A stretch of 64,000 nucleotides of DNA from the human T2T-CHM13v2.0 reference genome, Homo sapiens. Shown piece after piece: positions 29,780 through 43,930 of this stretch. Every line of letters starts with the position of its first letter. The stretch's first letter is position 1. Where the stretch lies: the NCBI RefSeq assembly GCF_009914755.1, contig NC_060932.1. One strand, 5' to 3'. The notes under the pieces were generated by a model that saw only the letters and a list, made by a program, of their open reading frames with translations, had not been told where the DNA came from and did not search any database. The position numbers and the translations under genes are program-made.

Positions 29780-32700
29780 GGGAGTACGCTGATTTCCCCC
29801 GTTTTCAGAGAAGGGAGTTCTTGGCCAAGTGCCTCGGCCAATGTCACATAGCTGGTGATAGAGAAGCCAGGGTTCCAACTCAGACAGGCTGGCTCCAAAG
29901 TCCCTACTTGTAACCAGCGTGAAGTCTACACGGTCCTGCCTGTCTCAATATTCTTCTTAAATGCTGTAATGTCAATGCAGTATATAACATGGTAGATGTG
30001 TTAATATAATCACACACCTGCCACTTCTACTAGCTAAATGTCCCTGGGTAGCAATTCCATATTCATCTCAATTAGGTACTTGGTTAAAACTGAAATAATC
30101 ATCTTTTTTTTCTACAAATATTTTCTAGATTCCCTTGTCTCTGTCATTCATTCACATATTAAAAACATCATGCATTTGAAGAATCAAGTAGAATAGGCAG
30201 AAATTTTTGTAAAGATAAAACTGTACATAATACCCTTCCTTGTTCCGTAAAGAATTAAGGCAATTCACAAGGATACATTAACTACACTAAGATTAAAGTA
30301 GATGAGATCCAGGTAAAGAAGATCAAGTAGAGAGACCCCGAATGAAGCCAGGAAGGAGACTAACACAAAAATGCTTTCCTGAAGTCTCTATACTTGCTGC
30401 AGGTGGACCACAATTCTGTCCCCAGGTTTTTGTTTTAATGACCTTCAAATTCACATATCCCCATACAAGGGATGACAGCTGACTCTTAAGTTTGTGTTAA
30501 TTACCTCCTTGAAAGTAATTTTAAAGACTTTCAGATTCACAGTCTCCATAAGGTGAAAACAAATTCCTCGAGGAACACATAACTCCTTCTATGACTGAGA
30601 CAGAAAATAATTGGTGCATGGGTCCCCTGAGTACAGCATTGTGTAATGCAACAAATAACATCCTCAACATCATTCTTACAATAAGCACAAGGGGTGAAAT
30701 TTCACAGGGTTGTTTCTGACAGTGTCCCAATAAAGGATGATGGCATTATGCTCCTATTCCCAAGATGCGTGATAGAATCAGGAAGCTACAGTGTAGATGG
30801 ACATGCGCTCTGAGCATATTGTTCTTTCCTGCAAAGTCCAGGGACAGACCTGCTTGAAACAAGGTGATCCAAAAAAGGGATACTCAGTTCAAAGCCAGGT
30901 GGACAACTCTCCGCAGGCCAAGCCTTTCCCCAACCATTCCAGCCCTCAGAGATTGGGCTCTCCTTTGTATAATTTGGCAACAGCAGAAACTACGTCACAT
31001 TGCCCGACAATGGGTGTATGTATTCATGATTTTAAACCCTCCTGTGCAGGGCCTACATCTCATGACGTTTTATTCCTAGGGCTTGTCCCTTTGCCCTGCA
31101 CTCACCGAACACTCATGAACAAATTCAGCACTTGTTGAGGATGATGATGACAACGACCGAATGGTGCTGTTAGAAAAGAACTAATTTAAGGTGCAGGAGG
31201 AGCCCATATTTCCCTAGGGACTCTCCCTGTAGACCAGTGGTCTTGCTACATTGCTGCGATGCTGCAGCCTCACCCCACATTCGAATCCCAGATCTTTTCA
31301 CTTCCCCTTTCTGCTGTTTCATTTCCACAGTGAGAATTCAGACTTATCTACAGAGCTGTCTCAGGAAAGGGGAAGAAGAGATGGTTCCTGATGACCACAC
31401 CCAGTCACCACAGTGACTGCCTAGAAGAGCCATAGGTAAGACTGAGCTCCCTCTGACCCCTTAATTCTATTGCAAAGGACATCTTGCCTGAAGTGCTGGA
31501 TTGAGGACCCCCTGGCCACACGACCAGGCAATCTCAATTCTTTAGTTCATGAACTTAAACCTGATGGTCTCTACTGTTCAAAAATGAATCGGGAACAGAA
31601 TGAAAACATAATAGGGAACGGTCAGCCAAGGTAATAATCAAAATGTGTTGAAGAGATAGAAAAGCTTAGAGGTATTGGAGGTAGGAGGAGGCTCTTGCCG
31701 TCTCCTTGGGAGATGATGACAGGCTATGAGCTAAGGGAAGAGAACCCAGTGCCAGCATGGGATTATTGGAGTAAAGCTCCCAGGAGGACACTGGTCAGGT
31801 TGGATGATGGGCAGAATCCAACTGATAGAATAATTTGGGTGGTGGCCGGATTAACCTTCAAACAGGTAAACTTGGATAATGCATAAACGTGAGGTACATG
31901 TTTGCCTTTTACTTTCAGTATTTGGGCAAGAAGATGAATTGAGAAAAGTCCTATGTGGGGCTTATAAGACTCATATTTTGGTGTAGTTTGATTACAGATT
32001 TTTCATACTGGGAAACAGTAAGAGTAAGCATTTGCACACCGAGATGTTGCTAATCCCATATTCAGATATGGCACTGGGTTGCAGTGGACAATTTTGTCAT
32101 CCAGTTGTAGGAGCTATGAGATTTGCATTGACAAGGAGGTTTTAAGAATGGTTTAAATGGATCTCCTGTGCAAGGTGACCTCTCTGGGCACAGACAGTGA
32201 GTTCTACCCAAGAAGGGGAAGCCCTCTCCCATGGCAGGACACCCAACAGAAGGCCAGGCAAGCTCTTCTTCACACTGGACTGTGGATCTCCCCTGACCCC
32301 TGATCTTGGTATCTCTGAGAAGGAGCATCGCTGAGGTCTTCAATCAGGCAATCTTAAGAAACCTCTCTAAGATCAGACAGAGCCTCCTTAAAGAACCTCA
32401 GACTTGTCCACCATCTTGCCAAGTCCCTTTCCTATGCTGCCCTCACCAAACCTCCCCCAGAGGCCAGCATGATTCTCCAGACAAGAATCTGGGGAGGTAA
32501 GAGCGGCCACACACCCAGGGCCAAGAGATCAGGTACGACATTGTTGCACCAGCTCCGTCCCAATCCACCCCAAATTTTTGTTCAACACAGGCAATGTGGT
32601 ACCCAGAAACTTCAGGTTCTAAGATAATTATAATGATCAGAAAAATGCTGGAACAATTAAGGAGGTATGGCAACATTTCTATTAGATTGGGAAACCATGT

Positions 32701-32799
32701 TCCACCCTCCTTTCTGAAGCTTCCAGGACATTATTATAAACCTCATTCAATCTCCAAGCCAGGAGAAAGCCTTTTTTTCATCATACTGGACGGCACTAC

Positions 32800-32990
32800 T
32801 TGTTAGCAAACTGTCCTTTATTTTGAATGGAAATCTGTCTCCTAATAACATCCACCTGTTGGTCCTAGCTCTGCCTTCTGGGGTCACATAGAGTATGTCT
32901 ACCCTTTCCACATGGCAGCCATCCAGACACCAGAAGAGAACCGTCACTCCACTGCAAGTCTTCTCTTCCCCAAGAGACGATGCCCTTCCA
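32800..32990. mobile_element. L3/CR1 LINE fragment
   Basis: GAAATCTGTCTCC...CCACCTGTTGGTCCTAGCTCTGCCTTCTGGGGTCACA...TCCACATGGCAGCC resembles L3. Confidence 0.55.
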
Positions 32991-34644
32991 GGACCTCCAG
33001 AGGCCTGCCCCAAACCCCCCACCAGCCTGGTCCCTCTCCTCCAGACCCCCATCTGTCACCTAAAAGTTCCTGTTCTGCAGAGCTTTTCTGTATCTGTCAC
33101 CTAAAAGTCCCTGTTCTGGTTTCCTGTTGGGCTGGAATGCTTTCTGAACATTCCAGAAATTTGTTATGGTCCTCGCAGCCAAACCCACAAAACTCAGATC
33201 CCAAGCTCTCACCAAGCAGCCCGAGAACATGTTCAAATCCTCCTCTGGCCCACTCGGCCTGCGAGGGACCCTGCTGGCCCCTGTCCTCTGGTCCCAGGGA
33301 TGAATCATGAGGTTCTCTCGTTGTTGCTGTTGGCTGCCCCTCAGGTTGCTCATTGATGGGACAGACTCCACCCCAATGTCTTTGCCCTGAGTGTGGAAAC
33401 CTGAAGGCTCAGGCAGCATTGAACACCCCATTACATCACCCAACTGACTAGTCCCGCTTGACGGAAAGTGAGTCAAGACCGGGGAGGTCCTGGCCATTTG
33501 CCTCAAAATTTCCAGCAAAAGGTCATCTATCTGTAAGGGCTGGACCTCCAGATTCCTGCCCTGGGCTTCACCCGAGGGCCCCTCCCTCAGTGCTCCAAGT
33601 CAGCTCGGCCTGGCCAGCAGCCTCGCTCCCACCAACTCCACCTGCTTCATGCAGCAGCCGCACCTCCCTCTATGTGCCTGCTCTGTCACCATCGCATTGG
33701 GCTACACCCCATCACAGTGCCCGCTGCATTCTGCCTTGAGGCAGGGCTCTATCTGCATGACCCTGCCTCAGTTCCTAGGCTGGGAGCTCCTTGAGAGAAG
33801 CCCCTGGGTCCTATTTAGCTGTGCCCCCAATCTTAGCATGGAGCCTGCTGCAAGGCAGGTACTCATGTGAGACATGTTGGGTGGAAATAAACTGATCCCT
33901 CAGCCTTACTTGCGTCCAGTCCTACCTACCTCCACTGAGAAAGGTGGGAACTGAGCAGCCCTTCCTTTCAAAGGGAGTCAGGAGAAGACCACTACAGCCA
34001 TCTGCTTCACCATCTGTCTTCATAGGGACTACCTATAGATGATGAGCTGGGCTGCTCACAGCTTGGGGCCAACAGGCTCCTGTTCCATCCCTTCTTGAGT
34101 CCATGAGCTCTCCTTCTCCATGGCTGGAGAACATGCTAGCCCTAGCCCATCGCCTGCCCATCTCAAAAGATAGAAATTGGTAAGGAGAGCCTGGCTGAAT
34201 TGGGGCAAACCCATTCTACCTACAGTAACTGCAAAGGGCAGCAGGTTTACCAGGAAGCAAAGTGCCTCACAACTATTTTCATGGCACCCCAGGACCAGAA
34301 GCTTAGACAATGCCCAGCCTTCTCAGAGCAAACCATACCCCAGAGGCCCAGGGAGGCCCAGTGTAATGCACAATGCCCCACAATGATGCAGGAAAAGTCA
34401 GAAGCCACTCCAAGCAGCTAGGTCTCTACTGCTGGTCTCTTTGATTCCACAAGCTCACATAGCCCCTGCCAGCTACTCCCACGCAAAACAAGCAATACTA
34501 CTGAAGAGCTTCTTCCTTCTTCCTCTATGGTTTCCATGGTGACAAGGGCAGTGTTTGGGCTCATGACAGTGGGAATGAAGAGTGGAAGCTCCAGGTCTTC
34601 CTTCCTCATCCCAAAAGACCAGGACAAAAATGGCCTGCTCTTAC

Positions 34645-34773
34645 CTGCTAAGATGAAGATGCCCACAAGAATCAGGAAGACCAGCAGGTAGAGCCCCAGG
34701 ACAGCATGCTTCAGGGCCGACAGGGACCCCAGCTGGGTACAGCAGATGCTTGCCCGCCGTTTGTGACATGGAC
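34645..34773 (-). CDS. SCARA5: SCARA5 exon 3, residues 38-80: juxtamembrane region and signal-anchor TM helix
   Basis: Acceptor TTGTCCAG|GT at 34774/34773; donor CAG|GTAAGA at 34645/34644; 129 nt, phase 1-1, in frame with exon 2; hydrophobic run AVLGLYLLVFLILVGIFILA. Confidence 0.96.
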
Positions 34774-35147
34774 CTGGACAATAAGGGTAAGAGGAGGAAG
34801 GAAAGAAGACACTTAAAAACCCCATAAGCTCTTTTCTTTTTTGGTCTCATCTCTCCCTGATGCATGCAGATGTTCATGTTGAACTTCTCACATCCCTTTT
34901 GCATGTCTAGAATGCAGCCACTTGATGGGGAGCTTTCCAGGACCATCACATTCAGCCTCTAGCTCTCCTCCCACTCTCTGTGTTCATGATCAAGCCAGAT
35001 AACATGTCCACAGCTCACATGCTCACAAAAACCAACTCTTCTTGAGCTAGTCCAAGCAGCAGAAAGACCTTGAAATAGTCTTGGATATGTGGCTTTAAAA
35101 AGTGTCATTGTCCCATGGGATCCAGGGAACATAAAGAGAAATTAAAA

Positions 35148-35409
35148 CAGGAGTTGCAAACTCAAACTTCTACAGTGGCTGGGGAGGTATGGGAATGAGA
35201 GAAATGGGCCCAGTGGGACTGTGGGGAGGCCAACGGCACGTGCCTGCTCTGGCAGAGGCTACTATGCAGGGATGAGTGGTGGGTGTGGCCAGATCCAGAA
35301 TTTTCTACATCTATTTTTAAGTGTTGGCAACTAATTCATCAAACACAAAACACTGGGGAGTGTAAACAAAACACATCTGTAAGCCAGTTCTGACCAGCTT
35401 GCAACCTTG
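35148..35409. mobile_element. Non-autonomous hAT-Charlie DNA transposon
   Basis: Imperfect terminal inverted repeats CAGGAGTTGCAAACT ... AGCTTGCAACCTTG. Confidence 0.6.
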
Positions 35410-35860
35410 CATTTAGATTTGCTAGAAAACATGGTAACCTCATCCTGTGACACTCCTCAGCTTCTGCTCAAAATGGAACAGGGAAATATCCTTGCTGTAG
35501 TGGCCTTTTGGGCCATGTAATTCAACCCCTTTGTTGTACAGATAAAGAATGTCAAATGTCAGTTAGCAGCAAATCCGGCCCCAGGACCCAGGTTGATCTT
35601 TTAGCTGAACTTGTCCTTCAAGGTGGCCTTCTCAGATGGCCCATGAAGAGGCTTACTGATCTCCAGCTGCTCTGTTGACTGGAAGTGGAAAGAAGCAATC
35701 CTCTCCCTGATGTTAGCAGGGCATGTAGGAATCACTGGGTGGGGGCGGCGGGGGGACGGCATTTTTTTAAAAAATGCTTATCCCTTTAATGCTTGTTCCT
35801 TACCCCCTGTGGGTAAGACCCCTCTCCAGAAAGACTGTCCCCACTTCAAGAGTGTCACTA

Positions 35861-36220
<360 letters not shown>

Positions 36221-37539
36221 CTAAAATAATTGATATTTAGAAAACATCCTGAAGGATAGTACCATGTTTGCAATTCCTTCATAGGTTCCCATTTGCAAGG
36301 ATACCTCAAAGGTTACATATCACCTCCCAGGTATCATTACTACCTCCTTGGCCTCAGGAGGTTTTATGACCACAAGGAAAATGGTGGTGACTATTGGTAC
36401 CTTACGATCCACACTGCCCTGGTCCCCCAGAGGTATTGTTATATAAGGAACATTTTCTCACTCATTGACTTCATTTTATTACAAATACTGCTGTTAAACC
36501 AGCTAAACAGAGCTATTACATAATATTTCCATAAGACATTGGGTGCAGTGTCGAGCAAGTTGTCAATGACTATTCTCACTCATCCTTACATTAGCAAGTT
36601 TTGAAGAGTTGAGCTGATTTTCCGCTAAGACAAAATAGAGCACATCTTTCTAACTCACCCTAAACCTTTTCTGGGATTTTCCATCCTTTACCATACACTA
36701 GGCTCTACAAAGGGTTTTGCTCCTAAATATGTAGGCTCCTGGTAGCATTTCTTTTATTTTTTTCCTTCTGGTGAGAGCCACTAGCTGTCTGGTTGCAACT
36801 TACCAGAGAAAACTCTGTTCCTCTCAAGAGTCAGAGTAGGAGGTATAGCATTGAATAATATTATACAATTACTGGTTTCATTCTCATGGTGGTAGTTTCA
36901 GCTCTCCTGCTCTGAGCCCTGCTGTCTCCTTAGCCTCATGACAGAATAGGAGGAGGAAAATCACACAGCCGTGAACACAGTTAACTTCAAGTTTGCCTTT
37001 GTCATCTTCATATGTGTTGCTAGTTCACTGTAGGAGTGGGTCAACGTGCAATAATGTCTATTTTTTCCCCATTAAAAAGAATATTTCCCTTGCCCTCTAC
37101 CTGAGGCTTCTATTTAATAGCAAGAACCTACTTGTGACAGGTGCCTTAGTCAACCAACACGCAGAACACAGACCTTCCTTTGAGAGAGTTTAGTTCTTTG
37201 AGCAAGACTTGGTTACTTTGTGCATTAAACCAAGTATATTTTAAATAGAACATAATGAGGGTTTCAAATAGAGGTTTCCCACAAATGGTTAGACAAGCAG
37301 AACATGAATGATCTGGCAAGGCCCTTAGAGAATGATTGCAAGGGAAAGAAGACAATTTAAGACAACGACAAGTCACAAAGGCTGCCCAAAACACATTTAT
37401 GGACTTTTTTTTTCCAAGTGGCAGAAGCATGTTAGCTGGGTAAACCTTTCAAATTATTTAAACTTAGCAGAAGATTACAAACACTCCAAAATGATCCTAT
37501 CAGCAAAGCCAGGGCAAAACGTATGCCTACTTTTTTGTT

Positions 37540-38085
37540 AAAAATAATTTTTTTAAAAATGCACTATCAAGCCATGACAAGACATGGAGGAATGTTAAAT
37601 GAGTAATTAACTTGGCAAAATAAGCCAATCTAAAAAAGCTACATACCGTATGATTCTAACTATGTAATATTCTGGGAAAAACAAAACTATGGAGGCAGTA
37701 AAAAGATCCGTGGTTGCCAGGGATTGGGAGGGCAGGAGGGATGAACAGGCGGAGCACGGGGGATTTTCAGGGAAGTGAAACTCTTCTGTATGATACTGTA
37801 ATGGTAGATGCATGCCCTTAGACATTTGGCCAAACCCACAGAATGTTCAACACCAAGAGTGAACCCTAATGTAAATGATGGGCTCTGGGAGATAATGATG
37901 TGTCAACATAGGTTCACTGATAGTAACAAATGCACCATTCTGGTGGGGATATTGACAGAGGGGGAGGCTGTGCATGGGAAGGGTGGCAGGCGGGGTATAT
38001 GGGAATGTTCTGTACTTTCCATTTGCCTTTGCTATAAATCTGACACTACTATTAAAAAACAAAGTCTATTAAAAATAAAAGTAGA
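37540..38085 (+). mobile_element. L1 (L1MC-type) 3' end
   Basis: CTATCAAGCCATG...AAAACTATGGAGGCAGTAAAAAGATC...ACACCAAGAGTGAACCCTAATGTAAA. Confidence 0.85.
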
Positions 38086-38143
38086 GCTTTTGACTTAAGG
38101 ATTGCAGGGGTAAAAACTTTAACAGGCATTTATGGAACATCCA

Positions 38144-39222
38144 CTGTGGAAAAGCCCCACTCTGGTAGCCAGCCTTCAAAATAGCCCCCACAATCCCAAC
38201 ACCTTCTGCAATCAACCCCCTTCCACGTTGTACCAGGATTGGCCTGTGTGACCAATAAAACATGGCAGAAGTAATGGTGTGTCACTTCTGAACTGAGACC
38301 AAAGACATGCAGCATCCTTCTGGCTCACCCTTTCTCTCTTGGAACCTTTGTTTGAGGGGAAGCCAGCTGCCATGTCATGAGCGCCCACAGAGAGGCTTAT
38401 GTGGTGAGGAACTGAGGGCTTTGGCTGACAGCCATGTAGGTGAGTGAGCCTCTAAGGAGATCCTCCTGCCAGGTCAAGGCTTCGGATGATGGCAGCCTGG
38501 CCAATATCTTTACTGCAACCGAGGTAGGAGACAAGATTCAACTCCAGAGGCAGAGCTCAGACACCAGACCAACCTGAGGACTAGCTAAAAAAGGGACGAG
38601 GCAGGAGCAGCTTTTCATAAGACACACCCACCCACCAAAGTGCCATGTTGTTTACCATTGCCATGGCAACCCCCAGACATTACCACCCCTTTCTATGGCA
38701 ATAACCTGACAACCCAGAAGTTGCCACCCTTTTTCTAGAAGTTTCTGCATAAACTGCCCAAAATTTGCATATAATTAAAAATGGGCATAAATAGGCCTCT
38801 AGAACTGCCTCTGAGCTCCTGTTCTGGTCACACTGCCTATGGGGTAGCCCTGCTCTGCAGGGAGCAGCACCTCTGCTACTGCCGTGCACTGCCACTTCAA
38901 TAAAAGTTACTAACACCACCGGCTCACCCTGGAATTCTTTCCTGGGCAAAGCCAAGAACCCTCCAATTTTGGGGCTTGCTCCTCCTGCATCACCACCTCT
39001 TGAGAAAGCCTGAGCCAGGACTACTCTGCTAAGTTGTCCCTGGAGTCCTCCCAGATTATATAGACATATGTGTGTGCAAAATTTATCTGAAAAAATTAAC
39101 AAAATTTTGGCTTTTTTTTAAAAAAAAACCCACTACTTCCTCAGAAACTGCAAGAGGAATACATTTGTTTTATGCTGCTCAGTATTAGGGTAATTTCTTA
39201 TGCGGCAATAGATAACTAACAC
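38144..39222 (+). mobile_element. MaLR solo LTR (MLT1F-like) split by a younger LTR
   Basis: GGTAGCCAGCCTTCAAAATAGCCCCCA...GGAAGCCAGCTGCCATGT; resumes after 38996; ends GCAATAGATAACTAACACA. Confidence 0.8.
38520..38992 (+). mobile_element. ERV1 (MER4-group) solo LTR, MER66-like
   Basis: (C)GAGGTAGGAG...GAGGACTAGCTAAAA...CTATGGGGTAGCCCTGCTCTGC...AATAAA (38899)...GGGCAAAGCCAAGAACCC...CCTGCATCA; 4-bp TSD CAAC/CCAC. Confidence 0.8.
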
Positions 39223-40246
39223 ACTTATAATAGATGCTGGGGAATACAAAGATGACACACTGTGGGAAGGAGAGACTTTGTTAGCGTCATTCACTTCCAA
39301 CTGCCCATCTCCCAGGCCACTGCCTGGCACATAGCAGATGCTCAAAATATTTGTTGAGAGATTAAGATGCAGCCACTGCCTTTCAGATGCAGCCTTGGGA
39401 GGGGAAGACGATGCATAAAACGGTAATTGCAATACAGGGAAGAATGAGGTTGGTGCGGAAGGGAGCGGTGACACAAGCAAAGTGCTCCCTGCACAGGTGG
39501 CGATGCACTCGGTGCCAGAGGTAGTCACAGAGTCTGCATGGAGGAGGCCACAATTCACCAGGGTGTGAAGGACAGCCCTTTCTAGATGGGCTGAACTCTG
39601 TTCTCTTTGTCTTCACTTCAGAGTCCAATGTACAGGACTTATAAATTTGAAAACAGTGACTTTAAGGAGCAAACAGTCTTCCTCTCTGTGTGAACCATCT
39701 GCAGGAAGTACCAGACAAAGCTGTTCATGATTAACAGGTTGTCTGCAGACACAAGCACACACAAGACCAGAGCGCTGGAGAAAATGGTCAACAACCACTA
39801 CGACAACAACAGGAAGAAGAAAAACTCTCCCAAACTCAAACAGACTCATGGGAAAGATTCTTCCATTTTGCAGTGGCCTCCAGAAGTGAGGGTGGCATCT
39901 GGAAGGTCAGGAAGCCAAGAGGTCTAGAGAGGGCAAGGCCAGTGGCTCTGAGCAAATAAATAGAGATGAACAGTGACTTGCCAGAAGAGCCCAGAATGCC
40001 AGGCTGGGAGACGTTGTTCATCTCGGTGTGGAGCACGTGGCTGCTTGATGATTGCTGGGAGCAGCAGGTAGATGGTTTCTCCTCTGTAGGCATCCTCCCC
40101 TGCATACAGCCTGCACAATCTTGCCATAGCAGAGTGTCCCTGGGCTATTACTTTCTTAACATCACTCCACTTAAATACATTTAAACTTAAATTTCTTTGG
40201 AAGGAAACTTTATCATCGTAAGTGGAAAATTAGTATCTTCCTATTA

Positions 40247-40618
<372 letters not shown>

Positions 40619-40803
40619 TCAGAGGCATCTTGAACACCACTATGCTGTATGTAGCCACATCCTGGGAAACACTGACTTTAATGAAAGTAACTAAGTCACA
40701 GTTCAGTGACATATTGCAAGAAGAAAGTTGATACACACCAAAGAAATTTCATTTATAGAGAAGAAAAACCAAATTTTAGATGTTCAAGTTTTAACATGGT
40801 TCA

Positions 40804-41097
40804 GGCCAGGCAGTGGCTCATGACTTAATCCCAGCACTTCAGGAGGCTGAGATGGGAGGATTGCTTGAGCTCAGGAATTTAAAACCAGCCTGGGCAACAT
40901 AATCTGACCCTATCTCTACAAAAAATTTTTTTAATTAGCCTAGGATGGTGGTATGTGCCTGTATCCTAGCTACTAAAGAGACTGAGGCGGGAGGATCACT
41001 TGAGCCTAGGAGTTCAAGGCTGTAGTGAGCTGTGTCACCAACTGCACTCCAGCCTGAGTGGCAGAGCAAGACCCTGACTCCCAAAAAGAGAAAAAAG
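40804..41097 (+). mobile_element. Alu (AluJ-like)
   Basis: Diverged full dimer. Confidence 0.9.
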
Positions 41098-41380
41098 TTC
41101 TAGAAGGTAGTATATTAAGAATTAAGTACCACTGAAAGAACCATGTCAGAACCTTGCATGCATCTTTCACACCATCCTCATTATCAACCATTATCTCTTT
41201 ACCTCTCTGGCGACCCCACTAGTCTCTAAGGTTCTCTGAGGCAAGGTGTGTCTCCCTGTCAGCCAGTGAACAGCAAAGCAAACACATGTGAACAGTTATT
41301 TTTGTGGCAAAGACTGTCTATTACATTCGCCGTATGCAAATAATTGACAAACTCTAATTGGCTGGAAAAACACATTTTTA

Positions 41381-41722
<342 letters not shown>

Positions 41723-43095
41723 AAAGCTGGGCTTTCTTTGCATATCCAGGGTCTCTGCTTGCTTCTTTGTGCCCATGCAGGTAAACTGTAGAAGCTAATC
41801 ACTGGAACAGAATAGATACTTTACTCCTGGTTGAAAGTCAAAATCACACATGGAGCTTCTTAGTCATACCAAGGCCTGAGCCTGCCCCTGGATGCTCACT
41901 CTCTGATTCAGTGGTGAAATCACAGATCCATGGCACGGAGGCCACAGCTCTGCAGCAAGGCATTTGTCATATCAAAAGGGAAGGTGAAGACACATTCTTG
42001 GAAAGCAAATGAAAAGTCTTACTATTATTAAGAGCTTGACTTATGGGGTGAAAAAAATTCCTTGATTTCTTTTCAATAGGACACATCGAAAATGGGGTTG
42101 TATCAAAAGATTGTATTATTCCTAGAGGTAAACATTGTGAAGACTTCCTCCTAAAACCGGGAGCAAGAATACCCCAAAGAGTTTTTGCTAAGATACTCTA
42201 TCCTGGGGGTAGGGAGATGTTTGGCAACGGACATTAAAGAACAGGAAAGTTTATATAAAAACAACACAACCCTGGCACCCTGAGCTGAGGATGAGTAGGG
42301 AGAGGGTCCCCCAGTGTCAGGCTACATTGTGGAGAGAACCTTGAACCTCTACAGCCCTCTTTCCCTGTATTAAGCAGGCAGCATCTCTCACAGTGCTTCG
42401 GGGGAAAAGCATGGGTCTGGGGCTCTGTGGAAGTCAACGCAAAGCCTGCCTCTGTCATGCATTAACTGTGAGAACCATGAGCGAGTATTCCAGCAGTCCC
42501 CTTCATCAAAATGTCCTTTCCTTGAAAAACTAATATTTCAGTTTCTTAGTCATAATTTTAGAGCATTTTGGAGTTATCCAAATTTATTTCCCCCCTCCCA
42601 TTTTAAAAGAAACTCACAAATTGGATCTGATAAAAATGAGTGTTTATTTCCAAAGAAACTGGCTCTGAACATAAAAAAAAAACAGAAGGCAATGATTCCA
42701 TTGTTACCTCCTTGAGTTTTAACAGCAACAAACAGCTACTTTCTTCTTGTTGTCTTTGGTCCCACAGCTCATAAACAGCAGGTAGAGATAGCGTTTTATT
42801 GCTGGGAGGAACCTCAGAGCTCAGCTCATCCAAGGAGCTTTGTGAAACCCACCCAAGTCTGACTTCACGATGGTTACTCATCACTCACATTGTTCACTGT
42901 AACAGGCAGCCACAAATAACCTCTGTCTTTGAAGCTGCCACCACTCTCTGGCTTTCATGGGGACTCCATAGGGGAGGGAAGGAAAGTATGAAGCAGGGGC
43001 ACTGCCACCGAGAGCCACCCACCTGAGTCCTGCCTGGAGTCACAGCGGACCCAGGGAAACAAGTCTCCCTGGAGCCTGGCAGGGTCCTCAACAAC

Positions 43096-43930
43096 TGTGA
43101 TGTTGTGAAGTCTATATCATCCTGGTCATCATCCTGAATCCTGGCAAAAAAAATCTTCTAAAGCTCTTGGGATTTCCAGAGTCATAAGAGTGATTTTTGT
43201 GTATTCATGAGATGACTGGATCTGGGGACCCCTAGATCGCCTCAGGATGGAGGCTGGCCACTGGAATGACCAAGGCAGGATTAGAGAGTTGGGACTTTCA
43301 GCCTTACCCCCAACCTCCAGGAAAAGAGAGAGGCTGAAGGTTGAGTTGATCATCAATAGCCAGCGATTTAATCAATCATGCCTACATAATGAAGCTTCCA
43401 TAAAAACCCAAAAGGACTGGGTTTGGAGAGCTGGATGTGCAGAGGTTCCTGGAGGGCAGAACAGCTGGGGAAGGCATGGAAGGTCTGCACCCCTCCTCCC
43501 AGACCCACCCTGTGCACCTCTTCCCTCTGTTATTCATCTACACATCCTTTGTAATATCCTTTTCAATAAACCTGTAAATGTGAGTAAAGTGTTTCCCTGA
43601 GTTCTAGGAAGCACTCTAGCAAATTAATCAAACTCAGGGTGGGAGTCCTGGGAACCCCGATTTATAGCCAGTCAATCAAAGGAAGTGGGTGCGGGGTGGG
43701 AGCAGTCTTGCGGGACTGGGCCCTCAACCTGTGGGAATCCAAGGCTACCACCAGGTGCATCGCATCAGGATTGAATTGAACCAGAGGACACCCAGCTGGC
43801 ATCCGTTAGAGAACCCACTGCAGAATTGGCTGTTGATGGAGAGAAATCCTCATCGATTTTGGTAACCTGAAGTGAAGCATTCTGTGATGAGTGAGCGAAT
43901 AGAAAAAAACATTTTGGTTTTTTTTTCCTC
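43096..43930 (+). mobile_element. Solo LTR, MER21-like
   Basis: TGTGATGTTGTGA...CCCCTAGATCGCCTCAGGATGG...GGATTAGAGAGTTGGGACTTTCAGCC...AATAAA (43565)...GGAACCCCGATTTATAGCC. Confidence 0.8.

Noticed and set aside
33225-33234. p53 half-site GAACATGTTC
   Set aside because: No adjacent second half-site.
34418-34825. 135-aa ORF as a stand-alone gene
   Set aside because: Only 34645-34773 is the SCARA5 exon; the rest is intronic read-through.
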